NCBI GenBank assembly: GCA_951406725.2
Contig: OX597836.1
Coordinates: forward strand, 10,230,001 to 10,294,000
Length of the DNA stretch: 64,000 nucleotides
Source of the DNA: Octopus vulgaris
Taxonomy: Eukaryota
Direction of reading: 5' to 3'
Both the position numbers and the translations under genes were made by a program. Numbering within the stretch: position 1 is the stretch's first letter; the number at the start of each line of letters is the position of its first letter. Shown one piece after another: positions 58,176 to 64,000 of this stretch. The notes under the pieces are model-generated. The model ran no database searches. It was given only the letters and a program-made list of their open reading frames with translations, and was not told where the DNA came from.

Positions 58176-58180
<5 letters not shown>
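57943..58180 (+). mobile_element. Internally deleted Tc1/mariner-superfamily (maT/DD37D-like) transposon
   Basis: TIRs cagggtgtgcagaaagtctctccgcagt / actgcgtagtgactttttgatgaacaccct. 57997-58143 encodes MALLQEFFGERIISKGLWPPKSPDLTPPDFYFWGASKGSVYKNRP (WPPxSPDL motif). Confidence 0.9.
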
Positions 58181-58240
<60 letters not shown>

Positions 58241-59024
58241 GCAGTCGATGCGTTTAATGACACGATCGAGTTAGCAGCTACGTTCATAGCGAAATATGCT
58301 GTTAGTTCGATGGACAGGAATCGGTACGTGTCATACCCAGGAAATATATTTCGCATTCCTGCAATGAAGGCGAATCGATTTGTCTTTTATGAGAGACAGG
58401 AAAGGTTTGCAGGAAGTTTGAAACGATCGTGAGCAGAATGCCCTAACCACTAAGCCACGTGCCTTCACATATAATATCGTGGTAAAAGAGTACAGCAGGG
58501 TTCTCCACCACACCCTGCCGGAGCCTCGTGGAGTTTTAGATGTTTTTGCTCAATAAACACTTACAACGCCCGGTCCGGGAACCGAAACCGCTATCCTACG
58601 ACCGCGAGTCCGCTGCCCTAACCACTGGGCCAGTGCATCTCCACACATACACACATACACACACACACACACATACGCACATTTATATATGTATATATAT
58701 ATATATATATTAATAAAAATGGTAAAAAGATCGTAAATGTAATATGTGACAATTATTCGGTATATATATTAATACTACAATCCCTTAATTAGAACGTAAT
58801 TTATAATTAGTTGATTATTAGTTAATGGTATTAACTCACTTTAAAATCAACACAAAGGAAAGCGTTATGGATTTAGTATTTCTTGTTAACTTGTATTCGT
58901 TAATATTCGTTGCGTTTATACCAACAATGCTGTAAAGTACTGATTCGCAAAATTAGATTTACGTATATAATCAAAGTTAATAAATGTATTTGGGATTAGT
59001 AACAACTGTTATAAGATATTGAGT

Positions 59025-59428
59025 TATACTCTTCTACTCTTTTACTTGTTTCAGTCATTTGACTGCGGCTATGCTGGGGCACCGCCTTTAGTCGAGCAAC
59101 TCGACCCCGGGACTTATTCTTTTTGTAAGCCCAGTACTTATTTTATCGGTCTCTTTTGCCGAACCGCTAAGTGACGGGGACATAAACACACCAGCATCGG
59201 TTGTCAAGCAATGCTAGGGGGACAAACACAGATACACAAACACACACATATATACATATATATACGACGGGCTTCTTTCAGTTTCCGTCTACCAAATCCA
59301 CTCACAAGGCATTGGTCGGCCCGAGGCTATAGTAGAAGACACTTGCTCAAGGTTGCACGTAGTGGGACTGAACCCGGAACCATGTGGTTGGTAAGCAAGT
59401 TACTTACCACACAGCCACTCCTGCGCCT
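59025..59428 (-). mobile_element. SINE family A, full length
   Basis: Family consensus match. Confidence 0.9.
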
Positions 59429-59799
59429 ATATATATACTATATTATAGAATGTTAGCAAATATAAAAGATATTCGAAACACGTCATAATGGTGTATTTAT
59501 TTATTCATGTCTGTAATGCAATTTTCACTCGTAATAGAAATATTATGTAATGATTCCTCTCATAAATCACCATTGCGTGTTTCTACATATAATACGCACA
59601 CACAAACACACGCACAAAAATATGCACACACACAGATACACAAGTAAGTACATAAATGCAAAACAAGGTGGGAAAAAATAGTACTCGAATACCTAAGGTA
59701 GAGCAATATGCTTTTATTAAAGCGGCAACATCTTCACAAAACTTTTACTCCGACCCCATTCGTCGGACAGTTGTGATGAATGCTGAAGAGTATAAGTGT

Positions 59800-61420
59800 G
59801 CGAGCTGGCTGAAACGTTAGCACACCGGGTGAAATTGCGTAGCCGTATTTTGTCTGGCGTTACGTTCTGAGTTCAAATTCCGCCGAGGTCGACTTTGCCT
59901 TTCATCCTTTCGAGGTCGATTTAATAAGTACCAGTTACGCACTGGAGTCGATGTAATCGACTTAATCCCTTTGTCTGTCCTTGTTTGTCCCCTCTATGTT
60001 TAGCCCCTTGTAGTAATGAAATAGGTATTTCGTCTGTCTTTATGTTCTGAGTTCAAATTGAGAAACTAAGAAACGTTAGCACGCCGGGCAAAATGCTTAG
60101 AGATATTTTGTCTGCCGTTATGTTCTGAGTTCAAATTCCGCCGAGGTCGATTTTGTCTTTCATCCTTTCGAGGTCGATTTAATAAGTACCAGTTACGCAT
60201 TGGAGTCGATATAATCGACTTAATCCGTTTGTCTGTCCTTGTTTGTCCCCTCTATGTTTAGGCCCCTGAGAGCAATAAAGAAATAGATATTAACAATCTA
60301 TATGTCATTTTCATGAGAATGCTAGCAACGTATACGACATTTTTATATCGACATTGACAGTGAGTTTGACATTTTTAGAGCAACATCAGCAATGGACAGG
60401 ATATTTTTTAAATAGTGATATTTTTAATGGGTTAGACAGTGAGTTGACTGAATAGTTAGCACGTTGGACAAAATGCTTAGCAGCGTTTATTCTAACTCCA
60501 TTACATTCTGAGTTCAAATCCTGCCAAGGTCGACTTTACCCTTTATCCTTTCGGAGTCGATGAAATGAGTAACGGTTGAGCATTGAGGCCTTGTGCCTGT
60601 AATAGAAAGGAGATTATCAACGGGTATGACATTTTTATAGCGATATTAACAATGTGTATGACATTTGTATGGCGATATTAGTAATGGATATGACATCTTT
60701 ATGGCGATATTACCAATAAGGACGACATATTTATAGTAATATTAGCAACGGAAAGGGAGGCGAGCTGACGGAATTGTTAGCATACCGGATAAAACGCTTA
60801 GCGGCATTTCTTCCGTATTTACGATCTTTGTTGAAATTCCGCCGTGGTCGACTTTGCCTTTCATCCTTTCGGATTCGATAAAATAAGTACTAGTTGAGTG
60901 CTGGAATCGCTGTAATCGACTAACCCCTCCCCCGAAATTGCTGACCTTGTGCCAAAATGTGAAATCAATGTTAGCAATGGATACATTTTTTTAACGATAT
61001 TAACAATGGATATAAGGCGGCGAGCTGGCAGAAACGTTAGCACGCCGGGCGAAACGCATAGCCGTATTTCGTCTGCCGTTATATTCAGAGTTCAAATTCC
61101 GCCGAGGTCGACTTCGCCTTTCATTCTTTCGGGGTGATAAATTAAATCCAGTTACACACTGGGGTCGATGTAATTGACTTAATCCGTTTGTCTGTCCTTG
61201 TTTGTCCTCTCTGTGTTCAGCCCCTTGTGGGTAGTAAAGAAATAGGTATTTCGTCTGTAGTTACGTTCTGAGTTCAAATTCTGCCGTGGTCAACTTTGAC
61301 TTTCATCCTTTCGGGGTCGATTAAATAAGTACCAGTTAGTTGCGCACTGGGGTCGATGTAATCGACTGGCCCCCGTACCCCCAAACTGTCGGACCTTGTG
61401 CCTAGAGTAGAAAAGAATAG
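59800..61420 (+). mobile_element. Cluster of at least 6 co-oriented SINE family B copies interleaved with a 32-bp minisatellite
   Basis: Repeated gttctgagttcaaattccgccgaggtcgactttgcc. Minisatellite gatattaacaatgtgtatgacatttgtatggc at 60287-60430, 60612-60752 and 60965-61012. Confidence 0.85.
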
Positions 61421-61977
61421 TGTTATATAAATTGCCCACCCTTGGCTAATACTGCGTGGTTTGCTACCTCCGGAAGTCGACACGTCTTCATGTTGTTTAG
61501 TTAGCGACATTTCGATGTAGGACGTCAACATGTCGTGAGATGTCAACACACACTACCCACTTTGTCACCTGTCACACACAGAATAACACTCTTTTAGTGA
61601 CTAGTACACTATCTGTTCATACATTAGATTCGTATAATCGTTACATGTCTATAGTCTTAGCTCTTACTTTCGTATACACCCAGTCACATGGATATATATA
61701 TGACGACTGTAACGTGTATGTATGTATGTAGAAAACATTTATATACGAGACAATAACAAAGGCAGGCGGTCATGACAGATGTAAACAAAGTGCACACTCT
61801 CGATAATCTGTATATTTATATGCAAATGAGGACATGTAGACGCATGCATACACATGTATACATACATGTATACATAAGTACATACATACATTAAAGCAAA
61901 TCAAAAACAGAAACGGAACAGCAAGAGTCAAAAAGACGTACGCAGCGAATGTATAAGCGTCATGCTCAGTTTAAGGT

Positions 61978-62012
61978 GGTTGTCGTTTCGAGCGTGGCTC
62001 TTCGTCAGAAAG
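61978..62012 (-). ncRNA. Degenerate hammerhead motif (cleavage-site U lost)
   Basis: cttt|CTGACGA|a gagc-cac-gctc|GAAA|cg|AC|aacc. Confidence 0.45.
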
Positions 62013-62379
62013 AGGAAATGGGGAAAGGCCTGGAGAGAAGAAAAAGAGTAGTCCGAGAAAAGCAGGTGTGTGGTGACATGGCTGAAGTGATGCATGCATA
62101 TATATACACGTGGAGGCGCGTGGCTTAGTGGTCAGGGTGTCATCATGATCGTAAGACTGGTTTCGATTCCTGGACCGGGTTGTGTTCTTGAAGAAAACAC
62201 TTCATTTCACGTTGCTCCAGTCTACTCAGCTGGCAAAAATGAGTAACGCTGCGATGGACTGGCGTCCCGTCCAGCTGGGGAACACATACGCCATGGAAAC
62301 CAGGAAACCTTTCATTCTTTCGGGGGTGGTGGGGACAAACACAAAGACACACGCGCGCACATACACACACATATATACG

Positions 62380-62830
62380 CACTGGGGTCGATATAATCGA
62401 CTTAATCCGTTTGTCTGTCCTTGTTTGTCCCCTCTGTGTGTAGCCCCTTGTGGGCAGTAAAGAAGTAGGTATTTCGTCTGCCGTTAAGTTCTGAGTTCAA
62501 ATTCCGCCGAGGTTGACTTTGCCTTTGATCCTTTCGGGGTCGATAAATTAAGTGCCAGTTATGTGTAATCGACTTAATCCCTTTGTCTGTCCTTGTTTGT
62601 CCCCTCTATGTTTAGCCCCTTGTGGGCAATAAAGAAATAAGAAATGTTAGCAAGCCGGGCGAAATGTTTAAAGGTATTTCGCCTGTCTTTATGTTGAGTT
62701 CAAATTCCGCCGAGGTCGACTTTGCCTTTCATGCTTTCGGGGTCGACAAATTAAGTACCAGTTTCGTACGGAGGTCGGTCTGATCGACTGGCTCCCTCCC
62801 ACAAAATTTCGGGTCTTGTGCCTAGAGTAG
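62380..62830 (+). mobile_element. Tandem-duplicated SINE family B array
   Basis: Three partial units with gtctgtccttgtttgtcccctct tails. Confidence 0.85.
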
Positions 62831-63345
62831 AACTAAATTTTATTTGTAATATAACAATGAAGCGGCGAGGTTACGCGTGTCTGCGGAATGCTCAGCCAGT
62901 TGCACGTTTATTTCGCGTTCAGGCTGTTCCGTTGTTCGGATCACCTAAAAATCTGATCGTCGCAACCGACGGAGTGCCAGCTGGTAGGTCGGGAGGCCAC
63001 TTTGCTTGATGTGTAAAAGAAACATTTTATTGGGAACAGTGGATGTGTGAAGTTTGTGTGAGCATCTGTATACATACATAAATACATACATATATACAAA
63101 CATATATATACACACACAAATATGTATGTATGTATATATATATATATATATATAAGCTTACAGGCGAACCCTTTATGATGGAACGTAAATATACAAATAT
63201 ATATCTACTTTGCATTTTTGTACAGAGTTCTTCATAAGATAAATGTTTATCCATTGCATAACAAACACCGATATATGTTAAGTAATCTCAACTGTACGAT
63301 ATATAAACACACTACGTATGCATATATACATACATATACATAAAT

Positions 63346-63416
<71 letters not shown>

Positions 63417-63819
63417 TGTGTGTGTGCATATATAATGAAAATGAATTCATGCTTTAGACTTGTTTACGTTTTAATTTCTTTTAGGATTAAGTTGAATCTA
63501 TCTATCTATCTGTCTATCTGTCTGATTGGCTGGTATCAGTAGATATACGTATTTGTGTGCGTCTATCTATGTGTGTGTGTATGTGTGTGTGTGTGTGTGT
63601 GTGCACACACCTCTCTCTATTTCTATCTCTCTATTTTTCTTTACACACACACAAAGACACACACACACACATGCGCTTGTATGGTACGAAATTTGCTTCT
63701 CAACCACACGGTTCCAGGTTCAATCGAACTACCTGACATCTTGGGCAAATGTCTTCTACTAAAGTCTTGGGTCGGCTTCTTTTCAGTTTCTGGTAGGCAG
63801 AAACTGAAAAGATGCCCGT

Positions 63820-63890
<71 letters not shown>

Positions 63891-64000
63891 CCATACTGCC
63901 TTAATATATATCACTCTTTTTTTTGCGTCTTCCAAACAAACTTTTTTTCCACACACAAAGCAGATAAAAAAACGAAGTAGATATTTGTGTGTGTATGTGT

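Noticed and set aside
59781-59823. Apparent hammerhead tgCTGAAGA...GAAAcgTTagca
   Set aside because: The GAAACGTTAGCA half is the ordinary SINE B head, there is no stem II, and the stem I match overlaps the core. Chance juxtaposition.

Overview
AT-rich, microsatellite-saturated eukaryotic DNA. The SINE repertoire and the (TA)n/(CA)n/(TATG)n load point to an octopus/cephalopod genome (inferred, not database-checked). Nearly all ORFs in the supplied track are microsatellite artefacts. Supported content: (i) at least four tRNA-derived SINE families in dozens of often nested copies; (ii) Penelope-like element (PLE) remnants, including one 302-codon RT-thumb/Zn-linker/GIY-YIG fragment at 808-1713; (iii) RTE LINE, hAT, mariner and Tc1/maT fossils plus MITEs; (iv) a ~105-bp 28S rRNA fragment; (v) one probable host-gene first coding exon (signal peptide, basic convertase-like motifs, phase-1 GTGAGT donor) at 46202-46388. 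The most striking signal is a set of about ten PLE-type minimal hammerhead ribozyme motifs from different families. Their cores show compensatory changes at the 3-8 pair (C3-G8, U3-A8, G3-C8) and an A6U variant. One lies at the turning point of a 119-bp foldback, and one is sense-oriented inside the putative intron. All structures were read by eye and need Infernal, folding and cleavage tests.
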